Positions 50,860 through 63,877 of a stretch of 64,000 nt of DNA are shown piece after piece (within the stretch, counting starts at the first letter, position 1; each line of letters opens with the position of its first letter). The notes under the pieces are model-generated. The model was given only the letters and a program-made list of their open reading frames with translations, searched no databases and was not told the origin of the DNA. A program made the position numbers and the translations under genes. The DNA comes from Takakia lepidozioides (taxonomy: Eukaryota > Plantae > Bryophyta), in NCBI GenBank assembly GCA_030704615.1, contig CM060732.1:82088001-82152000 (forward strand). The letters run 5' to 3'.

Positions 50860-52200
50860 TTGAAGGATTTGGGGAGTTTGAAGGGCCAAGAGATTCGTAT
50901 TGATTTGGTAAGTGACACGCCAATTTTTCGAAGGCCCTACAGGTATAGTGATATGGAGAGGTCTTTGATCCAGTCACGGACTATGGAGTTGTTCGAAGTT
51001 GGATTGGTGGAGTTGTCAGGCAGGGAGTGTGCCTTGGCAACGGTGATGCCAGCTAAGAAGGATATCTATGGCAATTGGACAGAAAGGAGGATGTGTGGGA
51101 CTATCGTCCTGTGAACCGTCAGACTAAGTCCAATAGATATGCCATGCCAACTCCAGAGGAGATCTTTGATGCCATTGGGCATGCAAAGGTGTTTAGCACA
51201 TTTGACTTGCGATCCGGTTACCACCGGTTGCCAATCAAAGAGGCTGACAAGCAAAAGACGACATTCTGGGGGATTGACCAACATGGGAAAGATTGCTTGT
51301 ACCAATGGCGGTTCCTACCGTTTGGGTTGAAGAATGCTCCTGCAGAGTTTCAGAGGGTCATGGATAGGATTCTTGCGGGGCTAGACTTCGCCGGTGCTAC
51401 ATTGATGACATCATCATCTTTAGTACTACGATTGAGGAGCACGAGAGACACATTCAGATGGTGTTTGAGCGCTTGAGAGCGCATGGGTTGAAATTGCACC
51501 CTGGGAAGTGCAAGTTCTTCCACAACTAGATTGAGTATCTAGGCCACATAATATACCCTGGAGGATTGGGTGTTCAAAAGACGAAGGTGGAGGCCATTAC
51601 ATGTATTTCACGCCCCATCGATGTTAGCAGAGTTCGTGCTTTCATGGGATTGGCACACTACTATCGATGGTTTGTCAAGGGATTTAGCAGCATTGCAAAG
51701 GCTCTTACCAAGTTGACCAAGGTGGATCAGGAGTGGCAGTGGGAGGAGGAGCAGGGGGAAGCCTTTGAGGAACTTAAGGCTCGATTGACTTCTGTGCCTA
51801 TTTTGAGGCAGCCTAATCGGGGGCGGTCTTTCCAGCTACATACAGATTGGAGTATGCTGGGGATTGGAGCAGTGTTCACATAGGTGGATGATGAGGGAAG
51901 AGAGTTCGTAGTGGCATATGCTAGCCGCTCGAACAATGATGCCGAGGCGAAGTATAGTTCCTATGAAGTGGAGTGTCTAGCTGTAGTATGGGCAGTGGCA
52001 CATTTTAGATGCTACATCTATGGCAATCTCTTCACCCTTGTCACGGATCACCAACCATTGAAGTGGTTGATGGAGTCAGACAAGCTTATAGGGAAGCTTG
52101 CACGGTGGGCACTTATGCTTCAAGAATACGACTTCCAGGTGGTGCATCGAGCCGGAATAGTCAACCGGGATGCGGATGGATTGAGTCGCAATCCATGCAC
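50860..52200 (+). pseudogene. pol: Reverse transcriptase and RNase H of the gypsy-MTase element
   Basis: DYRPVN, FDLRSGYHRL, LPFGLKNAPAEFQ, YIDD (51398-51409), LHTDWS..GIGAV, VTDHQPLKW, DADGLSR. Confidence 0.95.
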
Positions 52201-52543
52201 AAGTGAGCTTGATGATACAGGAGCTCGTTGGCATGGTGAGATAGACGAGGAGATGGTGCCAGGATGGCACGCATCTGCCTTTTTATGCATTCTAGCAATG
52301 GGAGCTCAAGTTGGTCCATCCCATGTGATTGGTCATAGAGATAGTGTGCATGACGATCTGGAGATCAGTGAGAAGCTTGGTGGTGCTAAGGAAGTACATA
52401 AAGATGCGGTAGTGTTGGCCTACCTTCGTGCTGGAGAGACAGTAGCCAGTGTGACTGCTAAGGAGAGAGATCGGATCCTATAACGACCCAAGAGGTTCAA
52501 GTGGGAGGGGACTCACCTGCTCTGAGTATGGGAGGATGGTCGA

Positions 52544-53569
52544 GTGAGGATTGTGCCTCATCCAACACAGCGAGCGCGATTGGTACGCCATGCCCATGAG
52601 GAGTTGGGACATTCTGGGGTACGGCGCACTCATAGTTTGCTGCAAGGACAGTATTGGTGGCGAGGCATGCACACGGATGTGCAACAGTTAGTGGCAAGGT
52701 GCATGGTGTATGATAGAGTGCGGGCTTCTTTCAATGCACCTACTCCACAATTGCATCATTTACCCATTATGGGTTTGGGCTATCGTTGGAGTCTTGACTT
52801 CGCAGGCCCATTGCCACTAACGATTCGCCATAACAAGTGTGTGTTGATGATGGTGGAACATTTCTCCAAATGGATTGAACTGGTGGCATTGCCTGACAAG
52901 GCAAGTGAGGGGGCTGCGTATGCATTCTTAGATCGAGTGCTTAGCCAATTTGGTGCTCCAGCCGAGGTACTCACGGACCAGGGGAGAGAGTTCTTGGGGG
53001 AGTTTCAGGCTTTGTATGAGCAAGCCTTGATAGATCACCGCACTACTTCTCAGGATCATCCCGAGGCTAATGGCTTGGCAGAGAGAGTTGTTCAGACAGT
53101 CAAGAGAGGTTTGCGCAAGTACGGTTTGCAGAAGGGACACCTAGGAGATTGGGACCTTCAGCTGCCTTGGCTAGCTATGGACTATAGGTTCAGCAAACAA
53201 GCTTCACTTTCCTCCTTCTCACCTTACTTTCTTCTCTTCGGCCGAGAGCCAGATTTGCCTGCATCTATTCGCAGAGAGACTGCAGTAGTCCTCAACCTTG
53301 ATGATCCGGATGTGTGGACACAAGCATGTGCCCAACAGGCAGAGTTGTTCAAGAGAGTCATGCCTATGGCTTTTGAGAACCTTGTTGTTGCCGAACACCG
53401 AGATACATTGAGGTATGCCACTATACGTGGAGGGGGATATCGGCCAAGTGTTCGGCGTATCCATCCTGGGGACTATGTGTATCTGCAGCAGACAGCGCCT
53501 ACGATCTTGGATGTCACAGCAGGTCGTGTGATTCTAAGGGTCCGGGAGGTGTTGCCTCAGGAATGTTGA
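52544..53569 (+). pseudogene. pol: Integrase (H2C2 plus rve core) of the gypsy-MTase element
   Basis: HEELGH...C; WSLDFAGP; VLTDQGREF; HPEANGLAER. Confidence 0.93.
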
Positions 53570-53687
53570 TTCTGGAGGGACGAGATGGCATGGTATGGAA
53601 GGACCATGTGCGCAATTGTGCGCCATGTCACCTTCCACATGTGGATGGGAGGATAGATCCCAACCTTGCAGTGGTACCTGCAGGGTT

Positions 53688-53810
53688 GCGTTGCATGCTA
53701 TGTGGGCATGCTGGTGATGCCGCGACCATGTTGGTGTGTGACAAATGCTCAAGGGGGTGGCACATGGGATGCTTGACACCGCCACTTGAGGAGGTTCCTA
53801 GTGGAGAATG
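53688..53810 (+). pseudogene. PHD finger at the pol C-terminus, truncated in the conserved W codon
   Basis: CMLC...MLVCDKCSRGWHMGCLTPPLEEVPSGE, a C4HC3 pattern lacking the final WxCxxC. Confidence 0.88.
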
Positions 53811-54404
53811 TAATTACGTAAATACTTAAAATTTGAAAAAGCCAAAATTACAAGTGGTTGTAATTACTGCACATGCGACTACAAATTTTCTTTCCTAATT
53901 CGATTAATGGAATAAAGATATTTATTCATTAAAGTGAATATGTAGTCGACTCAACGACTCCATGAACCACTGCGCATTCATTGCATCCATGACTCGGCAG
54001 CGCATTTGCTGACGTGGCTTTCACAAAAAGAGGTAAACAAAATGTGGCCTTGGGGGAATAGATATTTTAATACGTGTTGCCTCCACCTGGCAGAGACAAG
54101 GATGCAAGTGCTGCGTCGGACATGGCGGGACATGGGAATGGAAATCCTGACACGGCAAGGCCTTCGTATACTGTGAGCGCGCGTAGTGGCTTCTCAGAAC
54201 GGTGTGACATCGGGGTCTTGGTCATTCATCATTTACAGAATGTGCTGGATGGAGGCACGATGGAGCGCGCATACGGGCATGCTCTTCTGGCATTAATTCC
54301 CAAGTATCCACACAAGGTGAGGCTGCTGAATTGGGTTTTTGCCCGTCTAGTTTTCTGACAGCATGCTCGAAACGTTCATAGTGCCATTGAGTGGCATCGC
54401 AATA

Positions 54405-55110
54405 ATTTGATGTGTAGCTGCTTTTCCATTTCACAAGTTATGCAGAAGGCGTCACAGAAGAAGATCGCAAAGACGTCAAGGCTAAAGAATATGCCCTTTG
54501 GTTCTGAACTACAATCATATCATGCCAAACCCCATTTTGCCCACGCAGATGAGGGAGACATTCTGCATTTGCGAGTGGGACTTAATTCCTCTAAACCCAG
54601 CTTGAAGGCAGTTGTGACACCAGAGAAACTGGAAACTACCTCCAAGAAAGTTGAAACTCGCAAGATAGTCATGTATTCGTCTCATTATCTCCAACTGGGA
54701 TTCCGAGTTATCATCCGACCCTTTACATGTGCGCTGGAATGGAGTATAATTCTGGTTTAGGCAGTTATTGCCACCAGACGTTCGCTTCTCCAATTTTTAC
54801 ATTTAAGGATGTGTCTGTGTTTATGGCACTCTTTCTCCCAAGGAGGCCTGAGTACCCCCCTGTACTTGCAAGAATTTGATGTGTAGCTGCTTTTCCCTTT
54901 CATAAATTATGAAGAAGCAGTCGCAGAAGAAGATCGCAAAGAGGTCAAGGCTGAAAGCGTTCATTAAGGTTGTGAACTACAATCATATCATGCCAAACCA
55001 GCGGCGGCAGATGGTATCATGTGACATTCTGCGATTTGCGCATAGGTGGACTTAATTTTGATGTTGACTTGAAGGCAATTGTGACACCAGTGAAACTGGA
55101 AACTACAGGT
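54405..55110 (+). repeat. Diverged ~235-bp direct duplication
   Basis: ATTTGATGTGTAGCTGCTTTTCC...GAAACTGGAAACTAC at ~54405-54640 and ~54874-55107. Confidence 0.75.
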
Positions 55111-56012
55111 TAGATGATGGCGTGCTGCATCGCGACATAAACCTGCATTTGACATTCAGGCTTAGGATTCATGCAATTTGGTGCTAGTCAGGCCTGCACA
55201 GTTCCAGAGCACAAGTGGGAGTCCATCCGAGGGATGGGGACCTCGTAAGTGCTTCTTCATTTTGTACTCACCTTGTTTTTGCATCGCACTTGTGCTACAA
55301 GGGGCAGAGCCATTCATTTGGCTGGAGGTTCAATTCCTCTACAAGTGAGCTATTCCCGTGTCACTACAATCAGTTAGATGTGTTTGTGGTGGTTGCTGGA
55401 TTTGCGGCTCTGGGGTGTCTTGCCAAGTGCTTGCAGGGATCAACATTAATGTGGACGTGGCAGTACATGTAGCAAAAAAGCTCATTCACTGGTGAAGAAG
55501 ACCATATTGCAACATATGTCATGTTATTGCTTCGAGAGTGCTGCTGTTGGGCAGGTGGGAGAATGCAACAACGGTGAGAAGGAAAGCAAGGGAAGCACAA
55601 AAAGGTGTCGTTCGGTCCTGCTCCTTTGGAGACACCCCCCATTCCACTGGTCTTTGTTCCTGGAAAGCATGCAGCTGGGCCAGAAAATGCATGCACACAT
55701 TCACGTCTACTTCCCGTACATGAAGACGATCCTCTCCTCACATGTCAAAAACAATATTGGCAGAACAAAAAAAGGTTTGTTCACAAGACAGTACGGACCA
55801 CATACCGGGACATTATCGATACTATTAACTGTCTCGCCCTTGCGCGCTTGCAGGACTGTACAAAATGGGTTCTAAGGACAGTAAGAGTCCTTAGCATAGC
55901 TCTCGTCTATGAGCTGCTGGCTTAATGGACACTGAGATTCAGCTGGGCTCACTATCTATATCCAAATAATCTTCCCCTTCACTACCCACATCTGCAATTT
56001 GCCTTGCGGTAA

Positions 56013-59000
56013 TTACCAACCCTGGAATGTCTTCCTCATTAAAGGTAACTGCTCCTTCCAAAGAGACTGGTTCGGCCGTATCTGGTAGATTTGTGGTTCC
56101 CTCAGACCCTCGTGGTCGGCATTCTCCCCTAGGTCCTGATCATGGATGTCGGCCACGACTCGTTTGGCCCGGGGGTCCTTGTGAAGAACCACCTTCCATC
56201 CCGGCGCATGGGTGTCATCTGAAAAGAAAACTTGCTCAACTTGCGATGGGAAGATGAATGGCTCTTCATCTTGTGGTAGCATTTTTCTGAAATCAGCAAG
56301 GAGGAACCCATATTCATCCCGTTTCATGGTGGCATTCTCTCCTACCATATTGGCTTTTACCCAAGAACAACGGAATAGAATTGGCTTCACAAGACCATAG
56401 TCTAGTTTAAGGATCTCTTTGATCACTCCTACATATTGCACATGGCATGAAATTGGATTCTGATCTCGTGCACAGCTCCTACTCTCTTGTTCAAAAAATG
56501 ATGCCACTCCGCTGTCATAAGTCACCAGGAGGCTGGTGTTGGCATCGTCCACTCTATAGTGATTGCCATATGCTTTCATTGACCGGTACGAAGTGGCAAT
56601 CAGCCCTGGGGGGAATGACAGACTCACCATGCCCTCATCTGGGTCCTCATTCTTTGATGCGTACACTGCAATGGCAGATCTGACCCACACTGTAAAGGGC
56701 TACAGCTCCTCCATTGTTGTGGGGTACTCCACCGGGGATCTGCGCCTACGACCGCCCCTCCGCCATGCTTTTGCAAATGCACTCCGTTCCGTTTTCAAGC
56801 GGACCTTCTCCGCTGCGTACTTTCTGGCAGAAATCAAATAGAAGCTGCAACTCAGTCCCCCTGACCAACACCGTGCTGTACATGCATGCCACATGCAGAG
56901 TGTGTGTCCTTTCAAGCACACTGTAGTGATGCAGCCTACTTCATAATCACTTGCAAGCAACAACCAAGATCTATGAAACACCCTCTGTAGTCGTCTGAAG
57001 CACCCTGTTAGTACACGATCCCACTCCCATAGTGGCCGGAATGACTTGTGACAATATATATGTAATTCCAGCATACAAAGACCATTAAGAATAGCACAGG
57101 AGGGATGTAAGTTGGCACCCACTGTCTCCATGGTGTCATGGTTGTTGTGTTGTTCAGCACATAATCATGTGCCACATCCCGAAGGCCCGCCTCATGACAC
57201 GCTTTGTTCCACCACCTTCTAGGACCTCGCCTACAACTCCTTCTTCCTCGTTCTCGTCCCACACCCATCGTTGTATTGCATCAAATGAAGACATATACTC
57301 TGTCATGAAGCCCAGGGCTTCGTCGCGGATGTAGCCCTCCGCCATACTCCCCTCTGGCCGTGCCATGTTGCGTACATACCCCTTCAGATCCTTCATGTAC
57401 CTCTCCATGGGGTACATCCACCGGCTGGCTACGGGCCCACACACATGCAACTCCTCTACAAGATGCACTAGCAAGTGCGTCATGACGTCAAAGAATGATG
57501 GAGGGAATTCTTTCTCCAGCAAACATAGGGTCATAGCCACATCCTCATGCAACGATATAATGTCCCTCGGATCCCACACCTTCGCACAAATCTTCCTAAA
57601 CACTCGACTTACACGCATTATGGTTGTTCGAGGACCTGGCGCCATCGTACCCCGAATGCACACTGGCAAAATCTGTTGCATCATCACGTGTAGATCATGT
57701 GACTTCATCCCCGACCATTTCTTGTTTATGGCATGCTTTTGGAAAGCACCCGAGAATCCGGTTGGCACTTTCATGGCTCCCAATGTCTTCAAAAAATCCT
57801 CTTGCTCTGATTTGGTCAGGACGTATGATGCTGCTGGCATAAGCACTTTGCCTGGTCTATTTGGATCAGGCCTTAGCCACAGATGTGACCGTATCCCTTC
57901 AATCTCCATGTCCTTTCGTACGTTTATCGTATCCTTCTCCCCAAAGATAGTCTTCATAATGTTCTCGCAGAAGTTCTTCTCACAATGCATGGGGTCCAGG
58001 AGGTACCGCTGCAAGAGGTTCTGAAATGCCAAATGTCCTCCCATGAGACCAAGTTCTATGGGCAAAAAAAGTAGAATATGTGGCAGAAGTTGTCCATGTT
58101 ACTACATTCTGCTTTCAACAACTCCACGATCCTCTCCACAGTGAGGTGTACGACTTCAACATCTACTGCATAGTAGTTACATTGACTTAGGAGTTGGTGG
58201 AAGGACTCCTAACAGTAAAGGTAATTCCAGGAAGCACAATGTGAAAGAAAGTGAGTGAATGGGGGGGGGGGGGGATTCATGCACCTTCCAGTATGGCAAA
58301 TCCCAAAGGATTGTCCGGCGCTTCACCCCGTGCTCCATGGCTGGATCCGCACTACTTCCGTCTCTCCCTCCAATCTCCATGAACGTCTCTTTCTCCTTTG
58401 CAAATTGCAATGTCTCCTCCGGTGTCACAGCATTTGGTGCCATTCTCTTTTCAACACATCCATTGAAGTGCCTTCCTGCTCGTCGGTAGGGGTGGTTTCT
58501 TGCAAGGTAACGTCGATGCCCCATGTATATTGTCTTCCCTAGTGGCTTTGAGTGCCGTGAATCCACATAGGGCCCACAAATGGGGCACCCTTTGTAGCCC
58601 TTCGTCTTGCAACCTGCAACAAGGCCATATGCGGGGAAATCGTGGATTGACCACATGAGTATGGCACGAAGGGTGAAACTCTGTTGCCCTACTGGTTTCA
58701 AAATGTCATAAGCTTCAACTCCAATCCATAGTTCCTGTAGCTCTTCAATCAATGTTTGCAAATACACATCTATGTTTGCATTTGTCATGGACTCCTTGCC
58801 TGGAATCAAGAGAGACAACATGACAAAGAATTTCTTTGTTGTCAACCATGGTGGCAGGTTGTATGCCACCAACTGCACGGGCCATGTGGACCATGTGCAA
58901 CTCTTTGATCCGTATGGGTTTACTCCATCCGTAGATACAGCCAATCGCACATTGCGTGGGTCCTCGGCAAAATCGGGCCAAGTTGCATCTATATGCTTCC

Positions 59001-60012
59001 ATGCAAGGGAATCTGGGACATGCCTTACCAAACCATCGTTTGAGGCATTCCTGGAATGCCAAGTCATGAGCTCACTAATGGTCTTGCATTTGTACATTCG
59101 TAATAGACGGGGGATAAGGGGAAAGTGCCTCAACACCTTGGCTGGCTGTTGTAACCTGCCCACATCATGGTATCGGGCTACACCGCATTTGGGGCACTCC
59201 ATAGCATCCTTGTACTCTCTTCTGAAAAGTACATGTCCTTTTGGACATGCATGTATTTTCACGTAGTTGAGGCCGAGCTTCCCAATCAATTGGTTGGCCA
59301 TGTGACAGCTTTTTGGCATTTCATTTGGTTGTGGAAGCAAGTTCAGCCGAAGCAAAGAGAACAACTCGTCCACAAAATGGTCTGAGACACCGTGGGTTGT
59401 GCACAGGTTCATCAACAGCATGGTGGCAGCAAGCTTTGTGGATTTGCATCCCTCGTACAGTGGCACACATGCTTCTTCTAGTGTCATGTGTGCAGAATTC
59501 AATTCTCCATCTCCACCTCCTTCCACGCCTTCCCCTACGTGAATGCCTTCATTTCCTGCGTCATCACCATCCCCAGTTGTCGCAGCGCCGTCCCCCTCTT
59601 CAGCATCGTCCATGATGTGGAATGCTTCCTGCAACATTCGAGTAATCTCCACCCCTCCGTCCATGCCTGGTTCATGTCCTGCGCCCATGACATAGTCCTC
59701 GTCTGGCCTGTCTGTATGGCTCCCTCGGGGGTGTGCATTGTCCAATTGTGCCCACTCCTCATCGTCTTCGTCTGCAGGTCCATCTCCAATCCACACCCGA
59801 AATGCTTCATGTCTTTTGTGGTGAAGGAGATGTGTGCGCACACCGTCCTCAGATCTACTTGTAGTGCCCAAACAACGTTCACATGGGCATGGCATCCTTG
59901 AAAGCAAGGGCTCGGGCACGTGCCACTTCTCTTTCCACAACCTGTCATCTCGGGTGTTCTGTCTACAGGGGTGATTAATTGGAAGTCCTCCGCATGGGCG
60001 AGGGGAACTCAT
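56013..60012 (-). CDS. CACTA/En-Spm TnpD-like transposase, multi-exon: Transposase_21 (58177-60012), DUF4218-like (57154-58065), DUF4216-like (56013-56690)
   Basis: KIHACPKGHVLF...CPKCG..RY; KVLRHFPLIPRL; DPRNVRLAVSTDGVNP; LMWSIHDFPAYG; LDPMHCEKN; MKSHDLHV; FFDVMTHLLVHL; RWMYPMER; EPFIFPSQVEQVFF. Confidence 0.93.
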
Positions 60013-61611
60013 TTTTGTTGGGGAGCCTCTTCAATGCTGTTTGTGCACGCCGTTGCAGGGGGCCGGATTCTCCTTTGCAGAGATTCCTCAATTTGGCTCT
60101 GCCACTCCCATTTCACTACCGTCAATTCCCTCCTCCTGCAATCTCAATTTGAAAGGTTCAGCCGCACATCCTTTGGCAGAGAAGACAGTTGACATTTTAT
60201 ACCAACGGTAGATTCCACAACATGATGAAAAGTTACACTCAACAGCAAACCATTTAAAAGCCATCACGATGCTTCCCATCATAACTAGAATCTTTTCAAC
60301 AAGACACTGAGAGAAATGACCAAAATCGACTCAAACAACGACATCCTGGAAAACGACCTGTCTCTACAGTTCGTGTGTGTGTGAGGAATCGGAGGACGTA
60401 CGTGGAATTTCAATTTTCACGAGTTGACGACGTTTGTGATCTTGGGCAATGGTTGTTGCCGTGAAATTGCACCGTGGCGGGAAGGGAGTCCATTTGTGTG
60501 GCTCTATCACCATGGCGGGAAGGGGAGCATGTTAAAAATGGAGCATCGCCCTGCCACTTCACTCTTTGCTGTTTGCAGCTTCTTCCACCATCTTTCTTAC
60601 TTAATTCTGATTCTTGCAATGCTGCCCTTGAGACGGCAACTGCAAGTTCCTTTGATCGTCGCATTCAAAGACACTTACGTGTAGCAGATCGCAGACCCCC
60701 AAATGCCTGGAGAGAAAGCCAGAGGGCAGTCAATGCATGCACGGTTGTTTTGCACTGGTTGGGACGGAGTGGGGTGCAGAGGAGGCGTGCTGTGCCCGAG
60801 TTCGCATGCCTAGCATCCTGCAGCCGGCGGCTTTTGCACGTTGGGCAGCAGTACCCTCTGCTGTATGATTACCATTTGTGGTACAGACTCACCGGCCTCC
60901 CCTGTCCACTTGGGTCTTGGGACAACGACTTATGGAGTATGTAGACAGAGTTGCATGTCGCGCAGGTACACCAAAATCTCCCATGTAACATAAACCCATT
61001 TCTCATTCATGCTTGCATGTGATCCACGGGGTAATTTCCATGTTCTCCCAGCTGATGTGGGTTCGCAAATTCTCGGTGTGTAGGTGTGTGTGTGAGGACC
61101 TCAACCTGGCATGGTGCGATGTGGTGTCGAATGGACCCTTCTCTGCGATGGGAGAACCACTACAGTTGAGTTTGTTTTTGCTGAATCATTTGGCAGAGCA
61201 CTGTGTTCACTTCTCACACATCATGCGCATTTTCTCCAAGAATGCATGTAAAGCGGAGCCATACACGGCATCATTGCAGTGTGTTTCCTTCGCCTAATTT
61301 TGAACGAAAAAAAGTTAACGGATCCATGTCAGTTGTGTGAATCACTACATCTAGTTGTCTGGAGGATTGTAAGTGGTTTAGTGGTTTAGGGTTTAACGTC
61401 TCAAAGTCGAAAAGGCCATAGTGTCGGATGCACGACACGTGTTCATATTTGAAATCAACAACGGCCGGATCTTCACTACAGATCAGGGGGGTGTGTGATC
61501 ACACTCCCCTCCTTGTCCTTCTTTCCTCCTTTGCATGTCTTGGTCTTCCTCGCTCGTCTTTGTCTTGGTCATGGTCTATGTCCTCGCTCGTCTTCATCTT
61601 TGTCATGGTCT

Positions 61612-61911
61612 ATGTCCACGCCTAGTAAGAAGCGCTCGACCGCCGAGGCAGCATCACCTCCTCCCACTTCTGCACATTCCAGCCCCGCGGTGCGAAGGAG
61701 CCCCCGCCTGGCTCGACTGAATCCGGTACAGATGGCGTCGGTGCGAGAGGGAAGGCAGAGCGGTGGGCGGTCTTCGAGTTTGGATTTTGACACAAGCGAG
61801 TATAGCATGGGCGACGACGATGAGGTGGAGGACAGTTCGGAGGAAATTGCACCTCCATCTGCAGAGTCTCTCCAAAAGGTGCGCAAACGGCACAAAACCG
61901 CTGCGCATGAG
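61612..61911 (+). CDS. Low-complexity first-exon-like segment divergent from the CACTA transposase
   Basis: MSTPSKKRS...RRSPRL...acidic stretch...KRHKTAAHE followed by a GTGAGT donor. Confidence 0.35.
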
Positions 61912-61989
61912 GTGAGTTCTACCCCTACTTGTGTTCTTGTTTTCTGGGCGTTGAGTTCTCCTGAAACTGAAACTGGGATGCACATATCC

Positions 61990-63112
61990 ACAAAGTTGTT
62001 CAAACGGATGTCGTAGTATACAGGGCAAGTAGTAGAAGAAGAAGTGTTCTTCAGTTTCAATTTCCTTGCTGCGCCCTATGCAAGCTGGACATAGGCGGTC
62101 CTCCCGTTGCAGGTTTTCCCATCTGCCAGTCTCTATCCGTAGGTTGTGGGAACCCACCCTGAACCGCCCCAATGCCCTCAAGAGGGAAGGAGGTAAGGGT
62201 GCTGAAAGGTAATTTGGTCTGAAGATTCTATCATCGCGGAGCACCAAGAATGTCTCTCGATAGAAGTGGAGCTTTGTTGTGAGATTGGGTAGCATCCAAG
62301 TTCTCTTGACATGTAATTCCATAAGCTCTCTCCGAATGAGTCTGTTGCGGTCATGTCTGGATGTGATGTCCACCTCATGTGGGTTCATTGGTAATAGAAA
62401 GCAGTAGAAAGTCCGTTACGTTTCAATAAACTGTCCACTCGAGCATACCAGGAGTTCCCGAAACCTGCAGCTTTGAGCCTCATAGATGTTGTGAGGGCCC
62501 TTGCCACTAGCCCTTTGGGTGGAAGGGCCTGCAATCTATGGAGAAAGATTGTAAGCCTGAACTGTGCCTCGGATTGCAATGGTACACATGCGAACGCTGC
62601 ACCTAGGATCTGAGATGGAGTTGTGCTTCTGGCGCCAAGCATTGCTTGGAGAAAAGATGACTGTAATGGTTCCAAATTCTTTTCCCACCAGGAGATAGGG
62701 ACACCAGGTGCCCAAAACTCACAACCATTGATGGTAGCAGGGCTGACGACGGTGTCAAACAACCACTTTTTGGTCGGGGGATGCCGCAGATGTATTTGCT
62801 TGCATTTGGCGTGAAGGCGGACGGAGGCCGCCTTACCTTTAGTCAATCTGTCCAAGGCAGTGGCTGCAAAGTGAAACTTGGGGGAGTGGATAACCAGACC
62901 TAGGTACCGGTATGATTTGACAATCTCAATTTCCTGCTGGTTGAAGATGAATCTATGACCAGCCTGGCCATTGAAGACCATGATCTTGGTCTTGCTAAGA
63001 TTGACTTGCATCCCATAGTCTTTGCAGAACTGTTCCAAAATTTTGATATGGCGTTGCAGAAAGACCGGGGATTGTGCCAAAAGGGCAACATCATCAGCGT
63101 AGAGGAGATCTG
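61990..63112 (-). mobile_element. 5'-truncated non-LTR retrotransposon (LINE) RT C-terminus and Cys/His tail
   Basis: LLYADDVALL, MQVNLSKTKIM, YRYLGL, RFRVGSHNLRIETGRW...RLCPAC...IETEEHFFF. Confidence 0.88.
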
Positions 63113-63877
63113 ATTGGGCAGAAAATGAAGTTAGGCAGAAAACATCCCTGAACATGTTTTCAATTTGTGTCATGGGGGAGGACATCGTGGAAAAACCTTT
63201 AGGTCTACCACTGTGTGCAGAGGGACTAGTTTTTAGGTCAAGGAAATGTTGCTTTGTCACGTCATTGCACCTGCGTTGGAGTACGCATTTGCTATATGCG
63301 TTGATAACTCCAACGAGGCTAGGTCTGCAATATCCTTTCAATTGAATTGTGTCTGCACCTGTGTTTACCAACATTGAGAGTCTTTAGGCCTTTTGGGGCT
63401 CCGTTGCTGGGCTCCGCCATACAGCCATTTGCTGATTGTGTGAATAGATGTCCACTGGATATGTGCAAAACCCGAATGGATGTTCTGTTTCCTGGTAAGT
63501 TTCATGCGGTACTGATGTGAACCCGCCCACATTCTGTTTCTTCACCAATGAATGGGCTTACATGTTATGAGGACATTCTGTCCCTCTCCTTTTCAGTTTT
63601 TGGCACTTTGCGCTGCAGGGGAGTGGGTTTGAGGTCAGCCAATCCATAGTTGTGGTTGTGGGATGGTTTGTGCTCTGTGACTTGTGTTCAGTAGGACTAC
63701 ACAGCTGATGCACCTTGTGTGTGGGATGTTTTTGGCAGCGGAAGGGGAGTGAAGCTGCAGCAAAGCACTCACAGCCACCACACAATGCCAACCAACACCA
63801 ACCTTGGCATCCACCCCAAGTTATGAGAATAAGGGAATGGATGCCTAGAGCAATCGTTATTATTTTCTACTTCATCT

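Larger units (their letters stand above)
40836..53810 (+). mobile_element. Ty3/gypsy LTR retrotransposon encoding a C5-DNA methyltransferase and a PHD finger; decayed, 3'-truncated, with a CACTA inserted in gag
   Basis: TG-starting LTR-like region, then gag, PR (DSG), C5-MTase, RT (YIDD), RH, INT and PHD, all collinear on the + strand. Confidence 0.9.

Noticed and set aside
53811-56000. 3' LTR of the gypsy-MTase element, or CACTA TIR of the transposase block
   Set aside because: No similarity to 40836-43260 and no CACTA/TAGTG terminus at the junction.
57365-59948. Antisense and alternative-frame ORFs over the CACTA transposase
   Set aside because: Shadow ORFs of a long coding region with no motifs of their own.
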